A stretch of DNA of 62,000 bases from contig MU058065.1 in the NCBI GenBank assembly GCA_013265495.1, positions 5,764,302 through 5,826,301 of the forward strand, in the 5' to 3' direction. This stretch comes from Vicugna vicugna. Lineage: Eukaryota. Below are positions 36,628 through 46,296 of the stretch, piece by piece (the first letter of the stretch is position 1; every line of letters begins with the position of its first letter). The notes beneath the pieces are model-generated. The model had not been told where the DNA came from. It ran no database searches and saw only the letters and a program-made list of their open reading frames with translations. A program made the position numbers and the translations under genes.

Positions 36628-38169
36628 ATTCACACACGTGAGAGACGGGGAGCAGTGGTTGAGATAGATGGGAGGGTCACAAGAGGGGACAACATTCACA
36701 GCGCGACCCTGCCCTCGGCAGCTAAGTCAGAGCAGGGATGTGGGCTCAGAGATGAGTAGCTCTCTCGGTGCGTGGGCGTGCAGGTGTGCACATGAGTGTA
36801 GTGACAGGGATATCGAGTGTGTGAAAGAGAGTGTGCAGGAAACTATGTCCCCACGCAGTGGGTGTGTGTATGTGTGTTCTGGGCAGCAGTGAGGGTGAGC
36901 TGTGCACAGAAGAGTGAATGAGTGATTCTCAGTTTAAGAGCCCGAGCCCAGCAAGGGAGCAGCAAGAACCAGGAAACGGAGGGAGGGCCTGGAAAGCGGG
37001 AGAAGCTGGAGGGGCCGCATGAAAGAGGGATGTGTGAGGGAGACAGTGAAAGGGGGTGTGTGCGAGACAGAGACAGACAAGAGACACTGGCACCCAGTGT
37101 GTGCAAAGATCAGCTCTATCCAGCCTCCCCCAGAGGCAGCCCCAAGTCCCTCCCTTGCTGGAGCCCCCCAGACATCCTTCCCCCATTGCCCTTGTTTGGT
37201 GGGGAGAAGAATCTAGCCACAGAAGAAAAAGGTAGCAAGAGATAAATAAGGGTCAGTGGGTCTGGTCGCGTCATGGTGCATCCCTTCCCCACAAGCTGAC
37301 CGGCTTCGGGCCCCCAGGCCCACTCCAGGACCCCCGGCCCCCAGACCTGGGCACTGCAGCAGCAGCAGGGCCACGAAGAGGAGCGGCAGCAGCAGGGTAA
37401 GCCCCAACAAGCGTCCACTGCTCCATGGCTGGGGAGCCAGAGGGAAACACCAGGCTTCGGGGAGACACGAGGCCAGCCCCTGGTGGCGGAAGGAAGGGAA
37501 GCCCTGTTGAGGATGCCCTGCGCACCCCCACCCCCCCTGCCAGCCTCTGGCCTCCCCAGGCCTGGCGGGCCAGCTGGCAAGACTCACCACAGAGAAGTTG
37601 CTGGCGGAGCAGTGGTGCCCACTGAAGTTGCAGCTCTTGAGCATGTCGGCAAGCTGGTGGCCAGTGCGATTGAGGATGTCTACCATGTCGGGCTCCGGGT
37701 AGCGCAGGCCGGCAGCACGGTGGCCGTCCCGGTCTTTGGGGGGCAGCCCGGTCAGGTTGGCCAGGTGAAAGATGTCGGCGTCGCTGAGTGCCGAATGCCG
37801 GAAACGGTTGATATTGCAGAGGGTGACAGCTGGGAAGCCCGCCACTGGGGCTGGGGCAGCAGGGTCCATTACCACCAGGTGAGGCCGGGTCAGGTAGCCC
37901 CGGGCCAGACCAGCCGCCTGGTACAGGAAGGCAGCCAGCGAGGTGAGTAGGGCCAGTGCCCACAGGGTTCTGCGCAGTCCATGGGGGCCTGGGCCACAGG
38001 CCCGGCCCAGCCCGTGCAGAGTGCTGGTGCTGGCAAAGGTGGCCAGGTCCCGGGGGGCTGCTGCCCTCCGCGCAGCCCCCAGGAGGCTCTGCTCATCCCC
38101 TGCCTCCTTCTCCTTAGGTTTCGCATCCTCCTCTGCAAATTTGATTTTGCACACAATCTCGATCGGCAT
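17190..38169 (-). CDS. ASIC4: Acid-sensing ion channel 4 (DEG/ENaC family), 539 aa from MPIEIV; frame is also open upstream (ATG at 38553)
   Basis: Exons 38169-37588, 22655-22511, 22422-22295, 22134-21972, 21470-21414, 19453-19300, 18159-18068, 17991-17912, 17580-17476, 17303-17190 = 1620 nt. Motifs: STLHG pre-TM1, [10 protein letters not shown], Cys-rich thumb, GLFIGAS filter, C-terminal LFEDFAC*. Intron 8 has a GC donor. Confidence 0.97.
19275..19296. repeat. (CA)11 microsatellite adjoining the ASIC4 exon 6 donor
   Basis: Read directly from the sequence. Confidence 0.9.
20330..20957 (+). mobile_element. L2 LINE fragment(s)
   Basis: ccctccagccacactgact…gctgttcctactgcctagaa…tctcagctcatgtgtcacttcctc…, ending in a gaatgaa tail. 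Confidence 0.55.
20958..21030. repeat. (GAAG)n tetranucleotide microsatellite, about 18 units, expanded from an L2 tail
   Basis: Read directly from the sequence. Confidence 0.9.
21541..21922. repeat. Degenerate alternating purine-pyrimidine (CA/TA/TG) low-complexity tract
   Basis: cacacatgcatg…atatacacatgcatatatgcacac…. Confidence 0.8.
22830..23530 (+). mobile_element. L2 LINE fragment
   Basis: ccagcttaacatatcaacagcagaactcttga…atctatccactttcc…cagaataaaaccaaa…gcctcagcttaaatgtccc. Confidence 0.6.
23546..23624 (+). mobile_element. 49-bp, extremely 5'-truncated L1 3' end with a perfect 15-bp target-site duplication
   Basis: AAGACCTGAGATGAT at 23546-23560 and 23610-23624 flanks gctgtacgccagaaactgacacattgtaattgactgtacttcAATAAAA. 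Confidence 0.75.
25013..25160. mobile_element. MER5-type hAT-Charlie DNA transposon fragment
   Basis: cagtgcttctcaaactttaatgtg…gttaaaatgcagattctgattcagta…tgagattctacatttctaacaa. Confidence 0.65.
28040..29460. mobile_element. Cluster of MIR and L2 fragments
   Basis: cctcagtttcctcatccgtcaagtggggata; tttaacctctctgagcctcag; ctattttacagaaaagac; cattcattcattccagaaatgtttactgagcacct. Confidence 0.6.
29830..30650. promoter_or_regulatory. CpG island in ASIC4 intron 1 (candidate alternative promoter or enhancer)
   Basis: CpG dense; AP-1 TGAGTCA 30100-30106; octamer ATTTGCAT 30385-30392; GC-box-like runs. Confidence 0.65.
31298..31338. repeat. (CA)~20 microsatellite
   Basis: Read directly from the sequence. 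Confidence 0.9.
33473..33601. mobile_element. MER3/MER33-type hAT DNA transposon remnant
   Basis: Terminal inverted repeats ctgcactgtccaa … ttggacagcacag, with internal tagccagtgtggctagtgactacc. Confidence 0.6.
36595..36626. repeat. (TG)~16 microsatellite
   Basis: Read directly from the sequence. Confidence 0.9.
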
Positions 38170-38650
38170 CTGTCCCCGGCTGCTGGGACTGGCCGGAGCC
38201 TCCCTGCCCCTGTCCCTCCCTGGCCAGCAGCCCCCGGTGCCCTCCGGAGTGGTGGCGGTGGCAGCGGCTGCTCTTCTAAACTCAGGGCAATGGGAGGAGG
38301 ACGGGGACAGGGTGGGGGCCTGAGGTGGGGGAGTCACTCCCACTCCCAGCAGCTCCGCAGCCCTGGTGCTGCCTCTGCCGCTGCTGCCTCTGCTGCCGCT
38401 TGTCTCTCTCCTCGATCGTCTCCTTGTGGCTTCCCTTATCAGCACCAGCACAGCTGTCAGCCCCTGCGTGTGTCCCTGCGAGCGAGCGAGTGAGCGAGGG
38501 AGCGAGAGCGCTGCTCCGCCACGCCGCGCAGCCCCAGCCGCTCCGCTCAGCATGTGCTCCGGAGCCCACCCCGTGCTTAATAATTCAGGACATGTCAACA
38601 GCATTTCACCGGCGGCACGGGCGGCAGGAGCCAGGCCAGGGAAGGGGGCA
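37400..38650. promoter_or_regulatory. CpG-rich region over ASIC4 exon 1 and promoter
   Basis: CpG enrichment across exon 1 and the 5' leader; AT-rich TTAATAATT element at ~38577-38585. Confidence 0.6.
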
Positions 38651-41600
38651 GCCCCCAGCCCAGGACAGGGATCCCCTGTCCCTGTCTGAGACCTCCTTGG
38701 GCTTCCCCCCAAACTCTTGCTACACTCCAGCCACTTGTGGGGTCCCCACATGGCCCCACTCCCAGGCCACCCAGGGAAGAGTGTCGCACCCAGAATCTTC
38801 AGCTCGTTTTTGCCACTTTCTTGGACCACGCCCCAGGAAGGGTCAGTCAACTCTATCCCCCACTTCCTGGCCTCCCTGACTCTTGACTCCAGCACCCAGC
38901 CACTACTGACCCCAATACCCGACTCACAGCGGCTTCCAGAAACTCCTTGGGAGAGCCACTTGTTTGAATGAGGGAGGGGAGGGGAGGGCAGAGGAGGGGA
39001 GGCAAGACAGACAAGAGGACAATGGTGGTTCCACTAATATTCTTGGCTACCCTAGAGCTTTGCTTCTGACTTAACACTGACCTTACCTTCTCTGGGACTC
39101 TGGCCACTCTCTCCCCAACTTCACCCCTACCTCCAAACTCAGTCTCTCATGTGTCTGGGACAGAGGTCACGCTGGCTGACTTGCACATCTGTGGCCACTT
39201 TACCTTCCAAATGTTTCCCAAATCCCTTGCCACAGCCAGGCTAGGGGTGGGGGGAGCGTATATTGGGTAGACAGGCCAGGGAGCAGAGAGGTGTGATGTT
39301 GTGGGGAGGGTGTCTGAAAAGCCCAAATGGGGATATTGGAGGGAGTAGAGATGTGCTGGGTTTGAATGGGAGGGGGTGCAATCCTAAAGAAACAGATGCA
39401 GGGAGTGCCTGGCAGAGAGGGGCAGGGGAGCCCTGGGGTGGCTGCCATCTTGCGGAGGGCAAGCAGGCACATGGGCTGTTATCACGGACAGGGACGGGGC
39501 CCCTGGTGGCCAGCTGGTGGGAGGAAATGATGCCTTGGCGCCCCCAGGGTGGGGTTGGTCACAGTGAGCAGCTTCTGCTCTGGGCCCGTGTGAGAGCTTG
39601 AGACCTCACAGGAGAGGAAGCACTTGTCCCCCAGAAGAAAGGGGGAGCTGATTAATCGGGGCGCTAATGAGCAGCAGTGAGCGGAAGCTCAGAGGGGCGG
39701 GGGAGGCGGCTCCATCGATCCGAGCCGCGGAACCAGCAGCTGAAAAAAAAGTGAGAAGGGAATCGATCCGAGGGAAACGGCAGCTGCTGGGGATTAGAGC
39801 CTGAGGTCCACCCGCTGCCCAGCGGCCACCCCTCCCCTGCGGCAGGCCTGCCCTGCCAGTCGCAGCCCCTGCCTGGTCTGGGAAAGGGGCCCAAGGATGG
39901 CTCCCCTGGGGAGCAGGGAGCTGCTCTGCTCGCTGCAAGGCCAGGTCAAGCCCCGTCCATCACGGATTACCCCAGCATGGAGGCCACCCATACAAGCTGC
40001 ACCCCCCCAACCCCAGCCCTGTGTGGCACCCTGCGGGGGTTGTCCCCAGGCTCTCAACAAAGAAGCCCTTTAGCTGGGCTTCCCACAAGCCAGCTCCCCC
40101 AGGCTGAGGAGATAGGACCTCTGGGGTCAGGGGCTGCATCTGGCAGCATCCCAGAGGGGAAGGGGGTTGGCACCGAAAGCAGCTGCTGAGTTAGCACTCA
40201 GAGTCTCCAAGTGACCACAGACAGTCCCCATCTCTCTGCCCCCCTGCCCAGGCAGCCCGCTCCCATGCTCCCCCCTCCCTGCTGGACTACCAGACCCTTT
40301 CAGAGCTTCCTCCTCCACCTCCTTACCCTTCCCAGCGCTTCTCTTCCCCTTTCTCCTGGTATTGATTTTTCTTTACTGGGTTTTTTTTTTCAAAGGTGAT
40401 TTAATTGCTTTTTTAAGGTTACTTCAGTCTGGGGCTCTGCCAAGAAAGCGGGGAGCTGCCCCCCAAGCTCTCCCCAGCACTGGTTGCTGCCTAGGACTCA
40501 GTGCCTACCCCTAAATTGTCCTGCCATCCAGTGAAATCACAGGGTCATACTTCCCGACATAAGACATAACTGGCCTCTATGGGCCCAAAGCCCACCCTCT
40601 TTCCTCCTGAGGGGATGTCAGGAAGCCTTCAACCGCCAGAAGGAATGAAGTTGGGTGATAACCTGGTATAGAGGGGCAGGGTGGAGGAGGGTGGAGAGGG
40701 GAGTTCCAGGCCACTGGGAAGTGGAACAGCAGTTAGCTGCATGCACCACCCCCTCCCACCAGCTGTCTCCAATTGTCCCCAGGTCCCCATCATCCAGTCT
40801 CCTAGACCCCCAGGAATCTGGTTATGCTCAGTGGGAGTAATCTCCACATCCTTTCAGCCCATCCCTTGGCCTTTTACCCCCACTCCTCCAGTCTCTCTGT
40901 CACCCCTCTGCCCCCCTGTCCCCTTACACCCCTTTCCCCTCTGGCCCCCATCCTTTCTCCCTTCCCTCTCCCTGCTTCCCTGCCTGCCTCCCTCTCTGCC
41001 CGGCTGCAGTTGGGTGATAATCTCCCTCATTTAGCCTCCCGGCTGCTTCCCCGGCTCATTGCCCAGCTGGTCCCTGGGGCCGGGCCCAGCATCTTCCCCA
41101 CCCCCACCCCCAGCCCTGTGCCCAAGCTCCCCCATCCCTTCCAGGCTTCCCCCACCCGCTCTCAGGGGACCAGCTGCCCCCTGCAGTGAGCATCAGGGCC
41201 AAGTGTGGCTGGCCAGGACCCTAGCAGAGTGCAAGCAAGGGGGGAGGGTCCGCATAGGACTCTGGGGGTGGGAGTGTGGGTGCAGGGTGCCGGGGGCAGG
41301 GGGCGGTGTTGGAGAGGTACAGGGTCAGGATGTGAAGCCTCAGCCAGGTGTCCTCCACCCTCCAGTTGTCCCCATTCCCCAGATTTGTTCCCAGTTCAAT
41401 TCTCCACCAACCCACCCCCCACCCAAGGGCTGAACTAGGCTTTCCGACTGAAAGAGAACGGTGGATGGACTGAGACGCAGAGATTAGAGTGTCCCTTGTT
41501 ACAACCTCACAAGGCTGGGGATGGGAATGGAGGCTGAGAGCTGACAGAGGGCAGGTGGGTTCTGACTCAGAACACCTGGCAGGGGGCATGGAGGTTTTTA

Positions 41601-42268
41601 TTTGGGCAAAATGTTCCAAAAGGTAGGTCTGGAGACCTCCCAGGATCCAGCTTGGGGGTTCCAAGGAGCCTCCAAGGCTCATCCTGCACCCTGGCTCTTG
41701 GGGTTGCCTCTTCTCCCAGCATAGGATCCCCCAAGCTGAGCTGCTTTGGCCCCTTCCCACCATTTGTGGGCCTCAGACTCCCTGCCTGGGTGGCCTCGTT
41801 CATAAAAGACATGACCCCCAGTCTCCCAGATGGCATTCTCCTGGGGAGAGTCCTCGGCCTCTCTCTGCTCCTAGAGTACACCCCCTTGCTACCCTCCCCA
41901 GCCCAGACACCTGTCCCAGGCCTGGCTCTGGTGTGGACCAAGGCATAAGCCAGTGTGGGACAGACGTGGGCGGGAAGGGACAGGGATGGGGGGGTGGAGG
42001 CCGGGACTGGGCCAGGCCTGGCTGGTGAGCGAGCAGCGGTGACAAACGGGCTGTGCGGGGGCCGAGGGGCGGGGGGCGGATGGCGGCTGATTTATCTGGG
42101 TTATTTATGCCGCGGACGAGGCAGGAGAAGCGGTTAATGAGAGTCCCAGTGAAGGGGGTGGGGAGGCCTGGACGTGATCTGAGGCAACTGAAGAGGGTTA
42201 GCGTCCTGCCGCCAGGCCCTGCCCCCACTGCCCGCCAGCATTCTGCACCTCCAACCCTGTCCTAGGGT

Positions 42269-42298
42269 CAGCCCAGCCCAGCCCAGCCCAGCCCAGCC
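42269..42298. repeat. (CAGCC)6 pentanucleotide repeat
   Basis: Read directly from the sequence. Confidence 0.85.
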
Positions 42299-45200
42299 CT
42301 GACCCGTCTCCTGTGGCTGGTACCAACAATTCATATCACTGCATCCCATTTTGGGGATGCCGAAGCCGAGACAGCTGGTCACTGTGGATTGGAGAGGACC
42401 AGGTCCAAGATCAAGGGGTGGCTGGAGGAACTGGGAGGGGGGCCAGGAAAGGGAGGACAGGGAAGAAAGAAAGATGAAAAATCTTGGCTGGACAGAAACT
42501 GACCAAGTCTGTGGGGCCTGTGGGGTAGGGGAGGGGAGGGAAGAAGCCAGTGTGGGTAGTGGGTGGGCAGCTGGCAACCTTGGAGCTGAGGCTGGAGAGG
42601 GGAAAGGGCACCGGGGTGCAGATCTGGTGTGAGCCAGGAGTCATCATGGGGGCGTGAGGCAGAGACAGGCGAGTGGTGGGTGCTGGTCAGAGAGGAGAGA
42701 AAATGGGAAGGAGGGGGAAGAAGATCCAGGGAAGGCGGGGGAGAGGGCTTTGCAGCAGTGAAAGCTGCTAGGAGCAGATAAGGCGGCACAGCAGCAGGAG
42801 GGATTAAAGCTCTGAGGGGCAGCGGTGGGGGGTGCTCGGCGTGGGACTCAAGGATGAGGGGATGCAGGGATGGGAGGGTTGAGGGCAAGACATCAGGGCC
42901 AAGGAGATGACTGTGAGAAACAAGGGCTGCAAGAGGATTTAATCAGAGGCCAAAGGTGGTTATTGCCTGTTGGGGGAGGCAGTGGCAGGAAGAAGGGAAT
43001 TCTGATCATCTCTGATGGTGAGGGGTTCTTTTCCACTACTGACGGAGCCCTCACACCCTGCACCTGTCAGGGTAGCAGAGCTAAATGGAGGGGTGCATTG
43101 CTGAGAGGAGGGAACTGGCAGACTATTGGGTAGAGGGGAAGAGGCAGGTGCCAGCCCAGGGAGCCGCTGAGCTCTGGCTAAAACTTGGACGTGCAGCACA
43201 TGCAGCGCCTCCTTGAGGTGCCCAATGGAACACAGTGTTAAGGGGAACTCGACAACAGTCAAGAGTGCCCAGCCAGCCCACCCTGGCATGGAGACCCATC
43301 ACATCCAGAGAAGCAAGGACCAGCATTTCAGAGGGGGTTTCTTTGTGGGGAGGGGCATCAGCATGGGGGGAGGACAGTGGCTTCCCCAGGCTCCAGCCTC
43401 AGATCAGTACGCCCCTTACCACCCTCTGCCCTCTGGTTCTCCAAGCCTCCCAGAAGGGTGTGCTTGGGAAGGGTGAAGCTCCGGCTCCCTCCAGACGAGA
43501 GATGAGGGCAGTTCAGAGGTGGCCGGGGTGGTGGAGGGGAGCCTGGAGGGAAGGAAAGGGAGGAGGAAGGGGTGGGGGTGGCGGGCGGGGCAGAGTAATT
43601 GCATGTTTGTCAGTTCTCCCGTCTCTGCACATGAGGGAGCGTGTGTGGTGGTTGGTGTAGCTTCGCCTCGAGGAGTCTGTGTCTGTTGGCAGAGGTGTCA
43701 GTGTGTCTGTCTCAGGGGTCTGGGCTCTCCTTGGCCCCCACCCCCACTTTGTGTTTTGGGGAGCGCAGCTCTGGGCACACCCAGCTGTGCTCTGTGCTGA
43801 TGCGGCAGATGTGGCGGGGCCCCAGCTGTGCCTGCTTCCCGGAGAGGGGGAGGGGGCTGCAATCTGCTCCCCCATAATGGCTGCTAAGTGCCAGGGGGAG
43901 GGGATGGAGATGAGGGTGGGAATGAGGCCCGGGCAGGAGGGAGATGAGGGCCCTGCCCCCGCTCCACCCCATCCTGGCCAGCCTCCCCCGAATCTGTGTT
44001 CTTGGCTTGGCCTCTCCCCCTGGCTGGCTCCTGAAGTCCATCCAAATTTCTCTCCATGCTCGGTCCCATCCCCAGCTCTCCTCTGTCACCCCATCCAGCT
44101 TGGTGCCAGGGACCCGCCCCCTCCCCGGCCCCCAGCTCGCTCCCCCTCACTGATTTTACAGAATAATCTTTTTATGGAAACCGAAAAAAGCACTAATGGC
44201 AGGAAGGCACCCCACCCCCGCATCCCTCCCCCCTCATCCCCTACTTCCCACCCCAGTTCCCTCCGTTCTCCGGGCCAGCACCCTCCTACCCCTCCAGAGC
44301 CCATGAGGTCCCAGAGGTGGTGAAGGGGTCTCCCTGCTCTTCCCTCCAGAGGCAAGGATGCTCCCACATCCTGGGCTCTGGTCTGTACCGCCAGAGGTGG
44401 AGGGGTGCTAGGCCCCTCCCAGGGCAGACGAGGCTGGAGAGGAGCGGGAACCATTGCAGCCTCTCTCCTTAGACTCCCTCCACCTGAGCACACACATACA
44501 ACTGTGACTCCATCCGCCTGGGGGGGCCACTGCAGAGACCTCCACTTCCTAGCCCCCCTCCACTTCAAACACTGACCCTTTCCCCTTCCAGTGCCTGTCC
44601 CCACCCTCACTGGGCCAGGAGGGGGCTCCTGGGGGCCAGGGCCTGACACAGACTTATTGGATTTCACGGTGTTTTGCTGAGAAAATAATTAAATTATCAT
44701 ATTTATGATGAAGCTGCCATGGCCTCTGCCAACCACATCGAACAGAAGGGTCAGGGCTCGGGGGAGGAGAGGAAGGGACCTAGCCCCTGGCCCTGTGGCT
44801 CACCCTTTCCCAGCCCTCCCCTCAGAGGGTTGACCCCAGGCCCACAGTTGGCATCTGCAGCCCCCTCCAGACCCCACACAGAGATGACAGAAGGTCTGGG
44901 CTGGAGGCAGAGACCAGAGGAACCAGGAACCAACTGGGAAAGGGGCTGAGTCACGGCAGGCTGTAGGTCAGGACTGCTATAGTCCCTGGTGGATTCATCA
45001 CGTGCTGACACAGCCTGAAGGGCCTACAACGGCTGGGAGGTCACACCTAGCCCCAGTCCCCAGGTCACCCTCAGCCCAGCTCCTGAGAAAGTCTATTTTC
45101 TAACTGCCCAGCTAAGAAGCTCTGAAATCCTGGGCTCGTCCCAGAACCTGGTGCTGACAACCAGGCCCCAGCACCCTGCCGCCTGCCACCCATGCCTGCT

Positions 45201-46123
45201 GCCAGGACCCCCTCCTTCCTCCCACCCACGCCCTGCCCCCCATTCTCTTCGGGTAATTAGATTCCTCTCAATTAGCAGATTACGATCATTACCAGCTCAT
45301 CTGGCAACTAAGCTCCGCACCCACAGCTGGGGAAAGCGGGGCTCCAGGAGGGGCACAAGGGGGTCATGGGCAAACACGAGAGAAGGCTGGGTTTCTCTGG
45401 GGCTTAAGGAATGTAGAAGGAAGACTGAGACCCCACCTCCCACACCAAAGGCCAGAACCAGGGTGGGGAGAGGTGGCCAGGGGCCCCCCTTCCCAAAACA
45501 GTAGCTCCCACTTCGCTTCTTTCTGGAGAGAAAGATACCAGCTTGGACCCACCCGCCTGCCATGAGAGTAGGAGACAGACATCAGGACTCCGGGCCGGGG
45601 GTGGGGGTGGGGGGTTCGGAGAAACCCCAACCCCGCTAAGAGCCAGGCTGGGAGCAGATGGAGCTGGCAAAGCGGAAAACGGGCCGAGGCCGGGGCTCGG
45701 CAGGAACCAAGAAAAACGTGTGCCTGGTAATCCAACCACGGGCCCACAGCTCCCAGCCCCTGTGCCTGCTGCCCGCACCTCACCGCCCAACCAAAATCCT
45801 TCCCCCAGCCCTTCGGAATCTTACACTCCCGGAGCCTGAGCCAGGCCCAGTGAAGAGGAACAGGGAGGCAGCGTCGGGGTAGGGGTGAAGGCGGGGGCCA
45901 GCGGGCTGGGAGCCTTGAGGGCCTTCCTCCAGAGCAGCGCAAGAGGCTGAGGCAGTGGGAGGGGGACATTTACCAGGGCTCCAGATTCATTATTCATGAG
46001 CCTGCAGCAACGACTCCAATTTAAATGCTAATGTGGGGGGGCCTGACTCAGCTGCCCCGCTTCCGCCCTCACCCCCAGCCCAGGCACAAGCGGAGTCCGT
46101 GCTGGCTCCAAGGTTCACCCGGG

Positions 46124-46129
46124 TTTATT
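46124..46129 (-). terminator. GMPPA: GMPPA polyadenylation signal AATAAA
   Basis: tttatt on + strand about 170 nt past the GMPPA stop. Confidence 0.8.
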
Positions 46130-46296
46130 AGGGAGTGGAGACGGAGGCCAGGAGTCCCCCAGCCAGCCACGTTGCCCGCCTTGAGTGTGGAGTGCCTGCC
46201 TGGTTTCCTCCAGTCCCTCCTGGACAGAGGCTGGCCAAGCAGGCTGCAGCCTCAGGGGAGCAGATAGGAGTTGGGGGGGCCCTCTGGCAGCCCCAC

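Noticed and set aside
38554..38895. Further 114-codon extension of the ASIC4 exon-1 ORF (560-aa ORF in the track)
   Set aside because: Runs into presumptive promoter DNA with no family similarity; the ORF's other end reads through the 37588 donor into intron.
45825..45997. Possible far-upstream ASIC4 exon ending at a GTAAGA donor
   Set aside because: Available ATG frames end in phase 1 or 2, not matching exon 2; no other support in the sequence.
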